From Candidatus Omnitrophota bacterium (lineage in GTDB: Bacteria; Omnitrophota; Gorgyraeia; 2-01-FULL-45-10), in the NCBI GenBank assembly GCA_017993955.1, contig JAGOLR010000002.1:26-64025 (forward strand): a stretch of DNA of 64,000 nt, in the 5' to 3' direction. This document shows, piece after piece, positions 1 through 11,900 of this stretch. The first letter of the stretch is position 1. Each line of letters opens with the position of its first letter. Under the pieces are notes generated by a model. It saw nothing but the letters and a program-made list of their open reading frames with translations. It searched no databases and had not been told where the DNA came from. The translations under genes and the position numbers were made by a program.

Positions 1-3000
1 TGTATTAAAGATACGTCGATAGGCTGACCCTGTACAAAGTTAAGGTCGGGCCAGAAGAGGCCATCGGCTTCATCGACAGCAAAAGGCAATGCCGCGCGGG
101 CCTCTTTTTCGGTCAATTTTACATTACCGCCCCTCATGGATCTGGCTATCTCTTCTTCGTTAAACTTACCGGCCAGATTGTCCGAGTCGCCCTCGAAGAA
201 TACAAAATCTTTTCCTTGTTGTAATCCGTTCGCTTTAAATTCCGCGGGCGTTGTGATATAGCCGTTCAATTCCTTTACCGCGGTGACCATGAGAAGGTGT
301 CCCAAGGCCAGCATATCGTCGAGCTCTTCTCTTGTATACCCTTCGCCTGAAATGGTAAAGCTCGAGCCTGTGTTGGAGAACCTGACTAGGGTCATGGCCC
401 CGGTCTTTGCATTAGTTATATGAACACCACTTACAAGTTTTACCTTAGGATCTCCGAAATTTATGACGAATTTATGCTGTGTATCCGGGAACCATTTAGC
501 CGCGATCTCTTTCATCTTGTCGGCGATCGCATACTTATATTTGTCCTGCTCGGTAGGCAGCGACGGTTTTCTCTCATCTACCACCGTATCGCGCAGGTTA
601 TATTCAGACTGTATCCACGCAAGCTGCTCGGCCGGGTTCCTGCCGTTCCACTGGTGTTTCATGCAACCGAGCAGATACACCAAGAATAGCGCCGCGTTGT
701 CACCGCCCTGATAACCGGGATAGTTATGCTCGGCCGGAGCGCCCCAGTTTGCGTTGGTAAGCGGATTGGTAAATGCATGGCAAGTATTCTCCACTGCAAG
801 GTCTGCCGGAAGAGACGCCATACCCCTCATGAAGAAAGGATATCCGGCCTCGTGAGGCACTACCTTTACCGGCAGTCCTCTGTCGTTAAGAGCGCGCTCC
901 AGGTCCTTCGCGGCTACGCCGGTCCTCATGTCGGATATTACTGTAGGAACTCCCAGGCCCTTCTCTTTGTAGCTTACGGCCATATTCTCTATTGCGAGAA
1001 GAAGCAACTGCGAGCCGGTCATCGATATGACCTGCCCTTGCGGCGTTATCGCCACTATAGAACCCCTGTCACCGTCCGGATCGACGGCAAGCCAGGTACG
1101 ATTGGTATCCTGGGCCCTCTGCTTTATCCTGGCTATCGCCGCGGACTTATGCTCATTCGGGTCTATGATATGTTTTGTATCGTAATTCGCGTCGAGCTTT
1201 TCGTTATCTACGACGAGGTCTGTTACTCCGAGCCCTTTCAGTATGGTCACAAGGTTCTGGCCTATGGGGCTACCGCCCATGTCGACTCCGAGCTTAAGAC
1301 CCGACAATAACTCGTCCTCTTTTGTATTAACCGGCGCGGCCGTCGCTCTCAACATATCGGCGGCTACCTGTATATTATTCTTTGTGGTATCGCTTACCGT
1401 GATGACATTCATGCCTTTCGAGTCGGTCTTCTTTATAGGAGCGAAATCTTTGGAAGTTATGGAGTCATACAGGGTGCCGGATTCTACGCCCTCACAGTGG
1501 CGGACTTCGGGCCCGCAGTAAACTTCAGCGCCTATACCAAGCTTGGAACCGAGGAAATCCTCAGGCCTGTGGCTCATGGTAAAGTAGACCCAGTTGCCGC
1601 CCTCTCCGTTAAGCGCTTCGTAGAGTTGGCCGTAGTTACGTATATCGCCGCCGTTCATGACTCCCCAATAATAGATCCCGCCGCCGTTATCGAATATACC
1701 GGTCCTGAGTATGGCGTCTGCGAAAATCTGAGCGGCCTCGAAATGTTTCTGATACGCGTCAACCGCTATATGCAGGATGATGCCATCCTGTTTTCCGGTC
1801 TTCTCCTGAAGCTTCTTGGCGAATGCTAAAGCAAAAGCGACCGTAAATGCCGGGTTCTCCCTCCAGAACTTGGAGCGAATATCGTAGTACATGATACCGG
1901 CTTCTATTATCTCCTGGACAGATTTATCGGAGAGGCTATTTATAAAATCGCGCAGTTCATCTGTATAGTCACCGTTATTTTTAAAGAACCTTCCGTCCGG
2001 AGTGAAAATCCTGCCGTGTATGTCGGGAAGATTTACGCCCGCAACGATACCATCCTGTACCCTGGAAAGGGCGGTGGCCCTTGCGATATTAAGATCATCG
2101 CCGGTCTTGCCGGGGAATGAAAGCCTGGGAGCGCCGGTTCTTACGGCACCTACATCTATATCGGCAGACTTTGCGGCAAGCTCTTTCTCGATAGCTTCGC
2201 CGAGGGTTTTGTAACCCTTTCTCTCATGATAAACCTCGATTACCGTATCCGGATTTTCTGTCTGGCCAACTAACCCCAATGCTTTTAACCGATCAACTGC
2301 TACTGCCGCAGCAGGCTTAAAATAATCTTCCGAAAGATCGCTGAGCATAACTGCATCAGGGGCCAGTATAACGAAGATGGAAGCAAGAAGATTGACTGTA
2401 CTTGCGGCTTCTTTATCTTTTCTAAAATCTACCTCTCTGCCGCCAACGACACCGTAAAAATTGCCTCTATTCACAAGTAAGTTCGCCGCCGTAGGGAACT
2501 CTTGCAGGTTAACATTCTGGTAAATAGTGGAAGCCTGCTGTAAAGCTGATCTACCATATGCCAGATAGCCAAGGGCATCGGCCGGGATTATCTCTGCTGC
2601 AGGTGTAGCCAGAAGAAACCAGCCGACATCCTGTCTAAGCGCGTCTTCGTTAAAGCCCGGAGGCAATGCACCCAGCTTACCTTTGATAAAATCCTCTTTC
2701 AAGAAAACGGTCGTCATACCCCTGATAAGATCGACCCGCGAACTTATATATACGTAAGGATATTTCTTGTCTTTCAAGGCCGGATTATCTTTGAACGTTT
2801 CGGCAATGGGATTATCGTCGACTTGAGCCACTGTCATGGCCATAATAAGATCTGCAAGGGTCTTGATCCCGTACTTTTCCGGTAATCCCTTAAGCTGCCT
2901 TGTGGTCTCGTTATCGGCAAATGCGTCTTTTGTATCGGCCATTTCACTGACAGAGACCTTATCCAGGTTATTATCTAAAGCAAGAAGCGCAAGCCGCAGC

Positions 3001-5603
3001 TCTTTAGTTGGAGCGATAGCCTCTACCTCGATTTCGCTGGCTTCAGGATTTTCTATATGCGCTATCTCGTGCCTGAACGCCTGCGCTAACAGCGCGGTAC
3101 CGTTATATAAAGATAATATACTTGCCAGGTCGATCTCATCTATATATACCTGATTACGGGTAACGCCATAATGGAATATGACGTCTTTTAGGCCTGCGGG
3201 CAGCTTCTCCTTCAAACCGCGGACCACGACGAATTTATAAGGCGATTGGCCGAATATATTGTTCAACTCGGCCAGTTGGGAACTCACCCTCGCTTTGTCA
3301 CCAAGACGCGAGATGTCTTCATCCGTAGCCGCGTTTATCGTCCTCTCGCCAAAAAGTTTAGCCGTCCAGGCTGTATCGAGAATAGAGTAAGCCATCCCGT
3401 CATCTATGCTCTCCCCTATGGCGCCGTTTAAAGTACCTGCTATGCGGACCATAGACTGCGCGCCCACCCTGTAATACCTGAGCCCGTGGCCGTCCGCGGT
3501 AACTCCGGTAACGCCTTTACCGCGTATAGCGCCAACCTCATCACTACCGGATGCTGTCTGCGGAGCAATGCCGGCGTAGCGAGCTTCTACCCTTCTATAT
3601 ATCTTTTCGAAAGCGGTATTTAACTGCGCGGTACTCCATATATCTTCCAGTTTTTTCCTTATAGTAGTCTTTTCCGCATAAGAGAGAGTAGTAGCTCCGT
3701 TGGCCTCTTCCTGTAATTTAACCAGGGCATTTGTCATACCCAGAAGATAGGCCTCTTTGACGGTATTCTGGTCACGCACCAGTTGGTGGGTATCCGCCAT
3801 AGCAAAGACCTTCTGCATCCACCTCGAGACCATTATCATGGCATAAGAGACTTTTACCTGTTCTGTTCTGTCGATGATGGAGTCTATTAGGCTATCGAGC
3901 GAACCTCCGTCTATACCCTTAATGGCGCCGAAAGCGGCCCTTATCTCTTTTTCACTGAGTGGCACAAGCTCTGAGAGTATTATAGGAGCGAGCATCTCCG
4001 CCCGGGCAGCGCCGGTATCCGTAAGAAGGTCCTCGAATGAAGTGCGCTGGTTGGTGAGTATCTGTATATAAGGACTGGGTTCGTTCTTGGTTATGTTCGG
4101 GCAGATCACTATATAGGACATGCCCTCTTTTTCCAGCAATTTGGATATACCTTCGGAATGGAAGCCGCCGGTAACTAGTACGGCTATCCTCTCGCTATCC
4201 TTATTCATCGCGTTGATGGTATTGTCAACAAGGGCCTTGTCGCGCTTTATGGCTATAGCGTAGAAATCCTCGAGTTTTGGTATGCTTTTTGATACAGCCT
4301 CTGTAGGCGGCTCGAGTTCGTAATTGAAACCGAATTGTATCGATTTATTCTTGATGAAATCGGCAAAGACCTCCGGGGCGAATTCGCTCTTATGGGCCTT
4401 GTAATAGTCGTAATCGCCGTTCAATAATTTTATGTTGATGAGTCCTATTATCGTATCTACGTGGCGGGATAGCTTCTCAAGAGTGCGCTGGTCGTCGTTC
4501 TGGAAGAGCTTCTCCTTTATGGCGGTTTCGACAAGCTTTATCTCGTGGAAGAGTTTCTCGTTCTCTATCCTGGAGTAGACTGCGTTATATATCATGTAGT
4601 TAAAGAGGTTCGGGTAGTCTTTGGCAAGGTCCACTTCGTTCTGCTGGGTAAGGGCTTTTAAGTAAGTGTAAAATTCTACGGATGATATCTTGCCGACTTT
4701 GAAGGCAAGAGACTGGGTGACTAGCTTGGCTATCTGCTCTTTGGACATCTTTTTGGTAAGGACATCTATGACATTGGAGCGTTCTTTGTCAACGACATTG
4801 AAATTTATCTTCTTCTCGTAAATAAGAACGCTTACCAGCTTGAAGAAATTATCGTAAGCCCTGGCGTTTATCTTGTACTTCTCGCACATATCCTGGAGAT
4901 ACCGGATGTAGTCATTGAACTGGATCTTTTTGGACTCATAATCATCCATCTTGGAGTCCATGGTCTTCAAACCTTCGTTATATATATAACCTTTCAGCCG
5001 GTTCAATATGCTCTTAACCTGGTTATAATACTTCTCGGTCTCGTCTTTCAGTGGGTAGCTTGACGTGAAGGCATTAAGGTTCTGTATATAATATTCCCTG
5101 GTCTCCGCTCCGAAAAGCTTTATGGGGTAATCAGTAGTAATGGAGAGGAATTCCGGTCCGGTTATCTCGCCCTTCTTCATGAAATAGGTAGCGACTTCTT
5201 TGCGGATCTCTTCGTCCGGGAAGGCCTTGAACCAGGAGGTGTCTACTATGCCGTCGGCTCCTTCAACCGATACCAGCTTCAGCCCGTCGTTCTTCACAAA
5301 GCTCTCTACCATCTTGGCAATATTGGTCTGGGCTTCGTAGTTGCAGTGCGCATCCTGTATATGGATGACGAGCTTATCCTGGGAGCCTTTGTATTTGGAT
5401 TTCAATATCCCGGTGTCTTTAGGTATGACTATCTTTTCGGGGTCGGTGACTACTTCCGTCTTTGCCGCGGGTTCTGCAGCGGCAGTCTTGATGTCGGTCG
5501 GGGCTGCAAAAGCTATCGAGGATGCCATAAATGCTTGCGCTATAAAAACGGATACAGTCTTAATAAAGATAGTCCTGCCTGTGGTCATTCTTGCGAATAA
5601 CAT
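1..5603 (-). CDS. giant secreted multidomain protein, 3'-truncated by window edge (at least 1867 codons in window): signal peptide, conserved N-terminal module, HExxH module, alpha-D-phosphohexomutase (PGM/PMM-like) domain
   Basis: ATG at 5603-5601 with GGGAGG Shine-Dalgarno 6 nt upstream (5609-5614). The ORF track reports no complete minus-strand ORF in 1-5951, so this frame stays open to position 3. N-terminus MLFARMTTGRTIFIKTVSVFIAQAFMASSIAFA/AP is signal-peptide-like with an AxA site. Motifs read directly in frame: FTMSHRP (1560-1580), LAVDPDGDR (1065-1091), LLAQAFRHEIAHIE (3051-3092). Confidence 0.85.
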   Translation of the reverse strand, partial: MLFARMTTGRTIFIKTVSVFIAQAFMASSIAFAAPTDIKTAAAEPAAKTEVVTDPEKIVIPKDTGILKSKYKGSQDKLVIHIQDAHCNYEAQTNIAKMVESFVKNDGLKLVSVEGADGIVDTSWFKAFPDEEIRKEVATYFMKKGEITGPEFLSITTDYPIKLFGAETREYYIQNLNAFTSSYPLKDETEKYYNQVKSILNRLKGYIYNEGLKTMDSKMDDYESKKIQFNDYIRYLQDMCEKYKINARAYDNFFKLVSVLIYEKKINFNVVDKERSNVIDVLTKKMSKEQIAKLVTQSLAFKVGKISSVEFYTYLKALTQQNEVDLAKDYPNLFNYMIYNAVYSRIENEKLFHEIKLVETAIKEKLFQNDDQRTLEKLSRHVDTIIGLINIKLLNGDYDYYKAHKSEFAPEVFADFIKNKSIQFGFNYELEPPTEAVSKSIPKLEDFYAIAIKRDKALVDNTINAMNKDSERIAVLVTGGFHSEGISKLLEKEGMSYIVICPNITKNEPSPYIQILTNQRTSFEDLLTDTGAARAEMLAPIILSELVPLSEKEIRAAFGAIKGIDGGSLDSLIDSIIDRTEQVKVSYAMIMVSRWMQKVFAMADTHQLVRDQNTVKEAYLLGMTNALVKLQEEANGATTLSYAEKTTIRKKLEDIWSTAQLNTAFEKIYRRVEARYAGIAPQTASGSDEVGAIRGKGVTGVTADGHGLRYYRVGAQSMVRIAGTLNGAIGESIDDGMAYSILDTAWTAKLFGERTINAATDEDISRLGDKARVSSQLAELNNIFGQSPYKFVVVRGLKEKLPAGLKDVIFHYGVTRNQVYIDEIDLASILSLYNGTALLAQAFRHEIAHIENPEASEIEVEAIAPTKELRLALLALDNNLDKVSVSEMADTKDAFADNETTRQLKGLPEKYGIKTLADLIMAMTVAQVDDNPIAETFKDNPALKDKKYPYVYISSRVDLIRGMTTVFLKEDFIKGKLGALPPGFNEDALRQDVGWFLLATPAAEIIPADALGYLAYGRSALQQASTIYQNVNLQEFPTAANLLVNRGNFYGVVGGREVDFRKDKEAASTVNLLASIFVILAPDAVMLSDLSEDYFKPAAAVAVDRLKALGLVGQTENPDTVIEVYHERKGYKTLGEAIEKELAAKSADIDVGAVRTGAPRLSFPGKTGDDLNIARATALSRVQDGIVAGVNLPDIHGRIFTPDGRFFKNNGDYTDELRDFINSLSDKSVQEIIEAGIMYYDIRSKFWRENPAFTVAFALAFAKKLQEKTGKQDGIILHIAVDAYQKHFEAAQIFADAILRTGIFDNGGGIYYWGVMNGGDIRNYGQLYEALNGEGGNWVYFTMSHRPEDFLGSKLGIGAEVYCGPEVRHCEGVESGTLYDSITSKDFAPIKKTDSKGMNVITVSDTTKNNIQVAADMLRATAAPVNTKEDELLSGLKLGVDMGGSPIGQNLVTILKGLGVTDLVVDNEKLDANYDTKHIIDPNEHKSAAIARIKQRAQDTNRTWLAVDPDGDRGSIVAITPQGQVISMTGSQLLLLAIENMAVSYKEKGLGVPTVISDMRTGVAAKDLERALNDRGLPVKVVPHEAGYPFFMRGMASLPADLAVENTCHAFTNPLTNANWGAPAEHNYPGYQGGDNAALFLVYLLGCMKHQWNGRNPAEQLAWIQSEYNLRDTVVDERKPSLPTEQDKYKYAIADKMKEIAAKWFPDTQHKFVINFGDPKVKLVSGVHITNAKTGAMTLVRFSNTGSSFTISGEGYTREELDDMLALGHLLMVTAVKELNGYITTPAEFKANGLQQGKDFVFFEGDSDNLAGKFNEEEIARSMRGGNVKLTEKEARAALPFAVDEADGLFWPDLNFVQGQPIDVSLI
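350..1940 (-). other. alpha-D-phosphohexomutase (phosphoglucomutase/phosphomannomutase-like) domain within gene 1
   Basis: Catalytic-serine loop TxSHxP (FTMSHRP), Mg-binding loop DxDGDR (AVDPDGDR), a downstream ENTCHAFT loop (compare GEESGH) and RFSNTGSS (compare RPSGTEP phosphate-binding loop), all in the canonical order. Domain boundaries are approximate. Confidence 0.55.
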
Positions 5604-5684
5604 ATTTTTCCTCCCGGGATTTTTTGGAAATCTTTCCATATGCATTCTTTATTGGATAACTTTTTTATCGTTTTATATATATTA

Positions 5685-5712
5685 AGTTTATCATTTTTAA
5701 TAGTAATGTCAA
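5685..5712 (-). promoter_or_regulatory. putative sigma70-like promoter for gene 1 (-35 TTGACA at 5707-5712, 16-nt spacer, -10 TAAACT at 5685-5690, minus-strand reading)
   Basis: Hexamers read on the minus strand. They are embedded in a block conserved with the region upstream of gene 2 (GTCAATC..TGACTTTTTTA). Lies about 80 nt upstream of the ATG. Confidence 0.3.
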
Positions 5713-5778
5713 TCCATATAAACTGACTTTTTTAACACTCAACAAATATGGTGTTATTGCTAGGAGCTAGCACTTTTT

Positions 5779-5893
5779 CGTCAGGCGACGAAGCAATCTC
5801 TCTTTCGTCATTGCGAGGAATTATCGCTAAACTCATACGACGAAGCAATCTCTTTTTTAGATTGCTTCGGGCACTTCGTGCCCTCGCAATGAC
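5779..5893. repeat. nested-palindromic intergenic repeat element, copy 1 (a half-unit plus a full unit)
   Basis: cgtcaggcgacgaagcaatctctc + cgtcattgcgagga ... cgacgaagcaatct-cttttttt-agattgcttcg-ggcacttcgtgcc-ctcgcaatgac. Outer arms GTCATTGCGAGG/CCTCGCAATGAC; inner arms GACGAAGCAATCT/AGATTGCTTCG; central palindrome GGCAC-TTC-GTGCC. Confidence 0.85.
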
Positions 5894-5951
5894 AAACGAA
5901 AAATCCGGCTTTACAATAACAGGTTAAAATAGCACCCGGTACAAGAAGATG

Positions 5952-8900
5952 CTATGCCGCCCTAAGTATAAGTTTCACAAATTCTCTGTGCATCCTTATC
6001 TCTTCTTCGTAGTTTTTCGGGAGATTTTCCGGGAGATATTTAAATATATTCTTCTCTTCGTCTTTGGTAAGGTATGGAATGTTCCTCCAATAACCGCTCT
6101 GCGCGAAGAGTTCCAGTAATACTTCATAGCTATTCGTATCTACCGGACCGGCGAGCTCCAATTTTACCGCGTCGATCGACACTTCTTTCAATATCTCTTC
6201 GTAATCTTCTATCTCGCCTTCCCGCGCCCGGATACCGATATGCTTTATCCCTGATGCGCGCAATCCCGAAACTACCCCGTGCAGCTCTTCTTTTGTAACA
6301 GCGGTCACGTAAGGAGTAAGCCCCAGGGTATCTATATATCTTGCCACCTTGGCCTTATCGCTAGCCAGTTCCGGATCGGTGATAAGGACTATCTCTTTTA
6401 CCGGGTCATCATCTTTTGAAGAGACACCCTGCCTCTTCTGCCTTCCGGCTATCTTATCTCGCAGGGCATACATCATCTCGGCATCGAGGACTCCCTGCGT
6501 TGTGATAGAGACCGCTTTAGTCCTATCGCCGATTATGAAAGAATTAAGAAAAGCGCTTTCCGTATGGGCAAATTCTCTTGTATTGGCTATAGTCCTGGCA
6601 GCGATGGCCGGCTTAAGAGCTTCCAAGGAAGCCCTTACCGATTCTATATCCGCTGGAGAGACCGCAGGTATGGTCGCCGCGAGAGACTTTACTATATCTA
6701 CCATGCCCTCGACTGTCATGTATCTGAGACTTGAAGGATCCATGCTGTAAATATAGCCTTCATCGGGTGGATTGACATCTCTCTCTGTAGACATAAGATA
6801 TTCGCGCAAAGCCGGTATCGCCAACCCATACGGCAGATCGAGAACTACGCCGCGTCTTGCCCTCATCTTATATGCAAGATCCGAAAGCTTCGGATCTTCC
6901 GGGCTGTTGGTCTCTATCTCTACCAGGCTCACCCTTAATAACGGGAATGTGCTGTCTATGAAATTCCTTATGCCGTCCATGCCTTCGCCCGCTATGGTCC
7001 CGGAGGCTATACCGATTACTATATCGGCCCGCCCCGGCATCTTTCTCTGTATCTCTTCAAGGGCTTTTTGGGCCATCTCTCTTGACCGGGGTAGTTGAGC
7101 CTCTTCTTCTATATGCTCCAGGAGTCTATCTGCCAATCCGGATAATGTATATCTGGTATCATGGAAAGTTAATTCCCGCCCAAGAGACAGAGGATTCAAT
7201 GCGACATCTTGCAGAAAAGGGATAAAATATTTGGCTAGGTTTATTCTCTCGGCATCTACAATCTGATTGGATATATAGGACAAGGTAAGACCGGATATGG
7301 AGTTTTGCTCGCCGTTATACCGGACTTTTGTAGAGGAGGCTTCTTTGTCGTACACTATCTCCTTTAACATCTCGATAGAGCCCTGGGGGGAAAGATCCAT
7401 ATGCTGATACGTGGCAAATAATGCATAGACATTTACCGGCAATCTCGAAGTCTTGGATTGCATTATCCGGCCGGGCCTTGCGTGCAGTATTATATCCTTT
7501 ATAACTGGTAGCGAATACTTGTGAGGTATGCGATGTGGGTCTGAGAGGGCTGTTATTATATCTGCCGTGCGGGAGCGGCCGGTCTTTGGGTTAAAGGCAA
7601 GATCGTTGTATTCATTCATCACCTCCGCCCTCAGACTCTCGACCTTATGTGAATAATACAAATTCCTGAATATTACGAAGCTCGCCCATACAAAAAAGGC
7701 TACGCTTAAAAATGCCAGGATAGCTTCCGGCGCTATGATAAGCTTATCTGCGCCCCCGTGCAAAGGCATGATAAATATCCCGTGCGAAAGAGCGTTCTTT
7801 ATGGCCTTGCGCCAGGTCGGAAGACTCCCGGCTGCCTCCTCGAGTATCATCTCTGCTTTACGCCCCTCCACGTCTCTAGCCAACCTTATCTGGGCGCCGA
7901 CCCCGTCTGAGATCATAGAAAGGCCGTCATTTATCTCCCCCGACATAACCTCATCGGCGCATTCTCTCAGGGTAGTATATCTCAAATATTCTTTAAGCTC
8001 GCCGACCTTGTGGCTTTTTACCACCATGCTGACTTCGACCAATTTAAAGGTATCAAGTAGTGATATTATATAGAACAGGAACTTCCTGGAGTTTGCCCAT
8101 TCGCCGCATATACATACCTCTGCGCGGCTTGCCGGCGGCGCATGCCGGTTATAATCGTTAACACCATTAAAGGCATTGCGCACATTTCTCACAAATGCCG
8201 GGAAGAGGACATGGTATATCTTTTCAAGCCGCTCGTCGTCTCTTTCGTAGGCATCAGAAAAGCTCCTCTTTGACAGGTCGTTTGTGCCGATACTTATATA
8301 AGAGAATAGTCCTTCGCGCAATATCTCAGGTACGGCAGCGCACGCCGCGGGTGTTTCTATCATAGCCCCGAAACGGACCTTGTCGAGGTCGCTCTTGGCC
8401 AATCCTTCATCGACAAGTTCGGACTTGATTTTTGAGACCAGGTCTTTTAACATAGATGCCTGATCTTCATTCTCCACCATCGGGATAGTTATTCTTATAT
8501 TCTTTTTTTTGCTGGAGGCCGAGGCGCGCAAAAGAGCTCGTAGCTGGATCCTTATTATCTCCCGGCCCTTGATGTCCTCAAAATAGAACGGCACGCCGTA
8601 CAGAACCGGCCTTTCAGAAGTGACGTAACTGCGTCTTCCGCCTTCACCATCCACGGTGAACCCTACGGCGTCTGCTATGGAGACCATGTCTTTAAGCTTG
8701 TCCTTCTCCATGTCGAGAGTCCTGAAGGTGACCGGGCCCTCCACCGAATCTGCGGCCTTTAGGGCCTGAGCGTATATCTCGTCCTCGGTGGGTTCCACCT
8801 TCCGCATGTACATATTCTCCATCCTGATAAGCCCCACGCCTGCAGCCCCATAACCTTTAACCAGCGCAGCATCGGGCTCAATACGGGGTATGTCGGAGAG

Positions 8901-11900
8901 AAACGTTATCTTTTCGCCATCCAGCGTCTTGGACTCCTCAGAGCTGTGTTCGCGGTATATCTCTTTTAATATCTCCCTCTCCCTGCGCCGCTCTTCATAA
9001 TAGCGCATGACCGCAGGGTTAGATTGAGGATTGCGCACAATCCTGCGCCTGGACGCGTCTATAACTATAAGATCGCCCGTCTCGAGGTTTCGCAGATCCG
9101 GCACCCCCGGTATGACCATGATAGGCTCGCGCATATCCTCCATCAGCATGTCCTCTAAAGTTATCACCCAATGCGATCTTGAGTTGCCGGTCTCGGTGGC
9201 GATGGCGGCTATATCGGGATTCTTGTCGACGAATTTGAAGGCGTGTATCTGGTCCATGGCATCGGTAACATATATGGTGGTAGCCTCGTCTTCCTGATCT
9301 ATAGATGAAACCATACGGCCATCCATAGCTATGGCAAATAGCGCTGCAAACTTATTCAAGGTCCCGGCAAGAGAAGGGTCCGCCGCGGAATACTCTTGGG
9401 CGAACCGATAGACCAGCTCGCTCGCATTCGGCCCTCCGTAAGCTAGCGACAATACGATCTTTTCCGGAAGGCCGTCGATAAAGTCCTTTATAGAATCTCT
9501 TTCGTTCCTTCCCAGATACACCAACGCATCGGAAAAAGCTTCCTCGGCCTGACTTATTTCTATATCCATCACGCCATCGAGCTCAGGAAGCGGTCGGTCT
9601 GCATTATGCATGTGACGCACCAATTCCATCAAGGCCATGTAGGCATCCACGAGCCCCTCATAGACTTTCAACTTTACAGACTTCTCCGCCTCCGATATCC
9701 TCTCTTTCTTTATATCCGCTATATTTCCCATGAATGTCTGTACAATAGGCCACATCTCTCTGGCCTTATCAAGGAGCTTCACGTAGGAGCGGCGCTTTTC
9801 GCTTCTCACAAAACCCCTGACTTCGTCGAGCAATATCGGATCCGAAAGAAAGCTAATGGTATTTAAAGCAACCGACTTGGCCTCTTCGGTATTAGCCTCA
9901 TCTACAAGCCGCGCGGCGTTTATCTTCATGGCCTGTATCGTCCTGTCCAAAACGGCTATCTCTCTTTCGACCCTGTCGTCGGTAAGCCCCGAAGCCGCGT
10001 CTTCTATGTCACGCAGACTCGCCAGAAGCCCTTCGATCTTTCCCGCATCTTTATTCTTGCGATTTTTCCGAAGCCTGTCCAGATAAGGCTTGATAGAGAT
10101 ATCGAACGTGAATATAAAATTTTTACCTCTCTCCTCTAACGCTTTGAACGCCTTTTCGGTCGATTCTCCCAATTCGCGCAGGGAATCGCCGCTTAGGCCC
10201 AGACCTGGTACTATATTATCGATAGCCCTCCTCATCCTTTCCGATTGCTCGGCGATTTTGGTCTTACGCTGGCGGATGGTGTCATGCTCGGTCCACATGT
10301 CCTCATCGGCCATCTTTGTGCAATCAAGAAAGGAGACGGAACGTTGGACGGTTAGGAATAGAACCTCGTCGCCCTTTACGGAAGGTATCTCTATCTCCTC
10401 GGGCGTAAGACTTTCGAGATGGGACGCAAGCCTGTCAAGCTCCGCGAGCATAGACGGATCTGAATTTAATAATTCTTCGGAATCTATGTACCTATTCTTA
10501 TCCGGATAAAGGCTGCGGCAGAGGTCCTTCAACATCTCCGTCTGGCTCTCGTTTAGAGCGACGCCTCTGGCCTTATCGTCTTCCGGACCTAAAGATGATA
10601 TATTCTTTAGCTCAAAGACTGTTATACCCATCCCACCCGCGGCATACGACCAATTCGATATCGGATGCACCAATACCCCTTCATCGGCCATCCGGTTTAA
10701 AACCTCTGTAGTATCGTGTATAAGACGCGAGGACTCTTTACCGAATATCATCACTTCCGTGTGGTCAGCGTCCGGCGGGTTATACACCGTAAATATATGA
10801 TCGTTTTCTAAGGCCTCCACCATAAATTGTCTCGACATGCGGTAAGCCAGGCCGCATTCGCGCACTAATCTTTTCGGCGCCGCCGCCAATATATGTTCGC
10901 CCGGCATGCTCTTTATAAAATCCCCTACAAAGTTGCGCGGCACTTTCCTGAATAGGCGCCTCAACTCTGTGGTCATGATATCGCGCCTTTGGTCGGCCAG
11001 CATCTGTTTGAAATCGCTCTGGACTATCGCTTCTCTTTGCCATATATCCTGTATTGGGATGGCCATGAGATTGTTCTGTATATCACTTCCGTCATAAAAA
11101 CGATTTACGAACCATTCGGCCGCGGCCTTTGCCTTATCCGGGGGAAGGCTTGCCAGGTGCCCCAGGACGGCCTTCTCGGACCTGGAATAATATCTGCCGG
11201 AATGGAACATCTCCCTGCCTTCCGCCTGGAGCGATCTTTTAGCTTCCGAGAAGAATCTGTCAATGCGAGATTGCAGTTCTTTATTGGCCAGGGTCTTGCG
11301 GTGCAGAGGCAAGTCCACCTCTAATATTATCCGCGCTTCTTCGGCCTTCAACTCTTCCCTTGTAAGAGCAGCGTTGGAATGGGCAAGCTCGTGAGCCAGC
11401 CTTTCCGCCAATATGTGCAGGACGACTTCGCGATGGTCATATTCGTGCTCAGACAAGGTCTCCACAAAGTCTCTGTCGAATACAATATAGACATTGCCGT
11501 TATCGTCTATGTACTTTACGCAGTTGGTCCCCAGATTATTTACTACTTCTATCTGGACAGGCTTATCGCGTAATAACGGTATAAAATTAGCAAGAAATGC
11601 GCGGATCCTTTGAACTATGCTTTTAGGAAGAAGAACCTCGGTGCCCTTAAGCAGACCGTAAAAAGCTGTTGGGACAGCTTGCTCTCTCTTATAGAAGATG
11701 CCGTTACTATAACTATAGTCCCCCTCATATCTTTTAATAAAATCTTCCTTGGATATCCTTCTCGGGCTGCCGATAGGAACGGCCATAGTAGCGGCTTTCG
11801 TCTGATAAGCCTCGATCGACGGCACATACGCCTTCTCTTCGTATTCTCTGATAAAGCGCTCCATTGTGAAATGGGCCATTACGTCGTATATCACATTCTT

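Noticed and set aside
1-5603. Possible frameshift or pseudogenisation within gene 1 (I initially mis-indexed its start codon, which suggested a frame conflict with the PGM motifs).
   Set aside because: Re-indexing places the ATG at 5603-5601. That is in the same frame as the LAVDPDGDR, FTMSHRP and AFRHEIAHIE motifs, so the frame is continuous. The same holds for the other three giant ORFs.
5341-5685. Plus-strand ORF spanning the start codon and promoter region of gene 1.
   Set aside because: It overlaps the SD and ATG of the convincingly supported minus-strand gene, has a TTG start, and has a hydrophobic low-complexity translation.
8160-9197. Possibility that the PEP-utiliser module is a glucan-water dikinase (starch phosphorylation), given the GlgA/GlgP context.
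   Set aside because: The domain order is swivel-His domain followed by a PEP/pyruvate-type TIM barrel (GTNDLSK, MIETP). That is PPDK/PEP-synthase/EI-like, not GWD-like (His domain followed by an ATP-grasp). I kept the generic PEP-utilising enzyme call.
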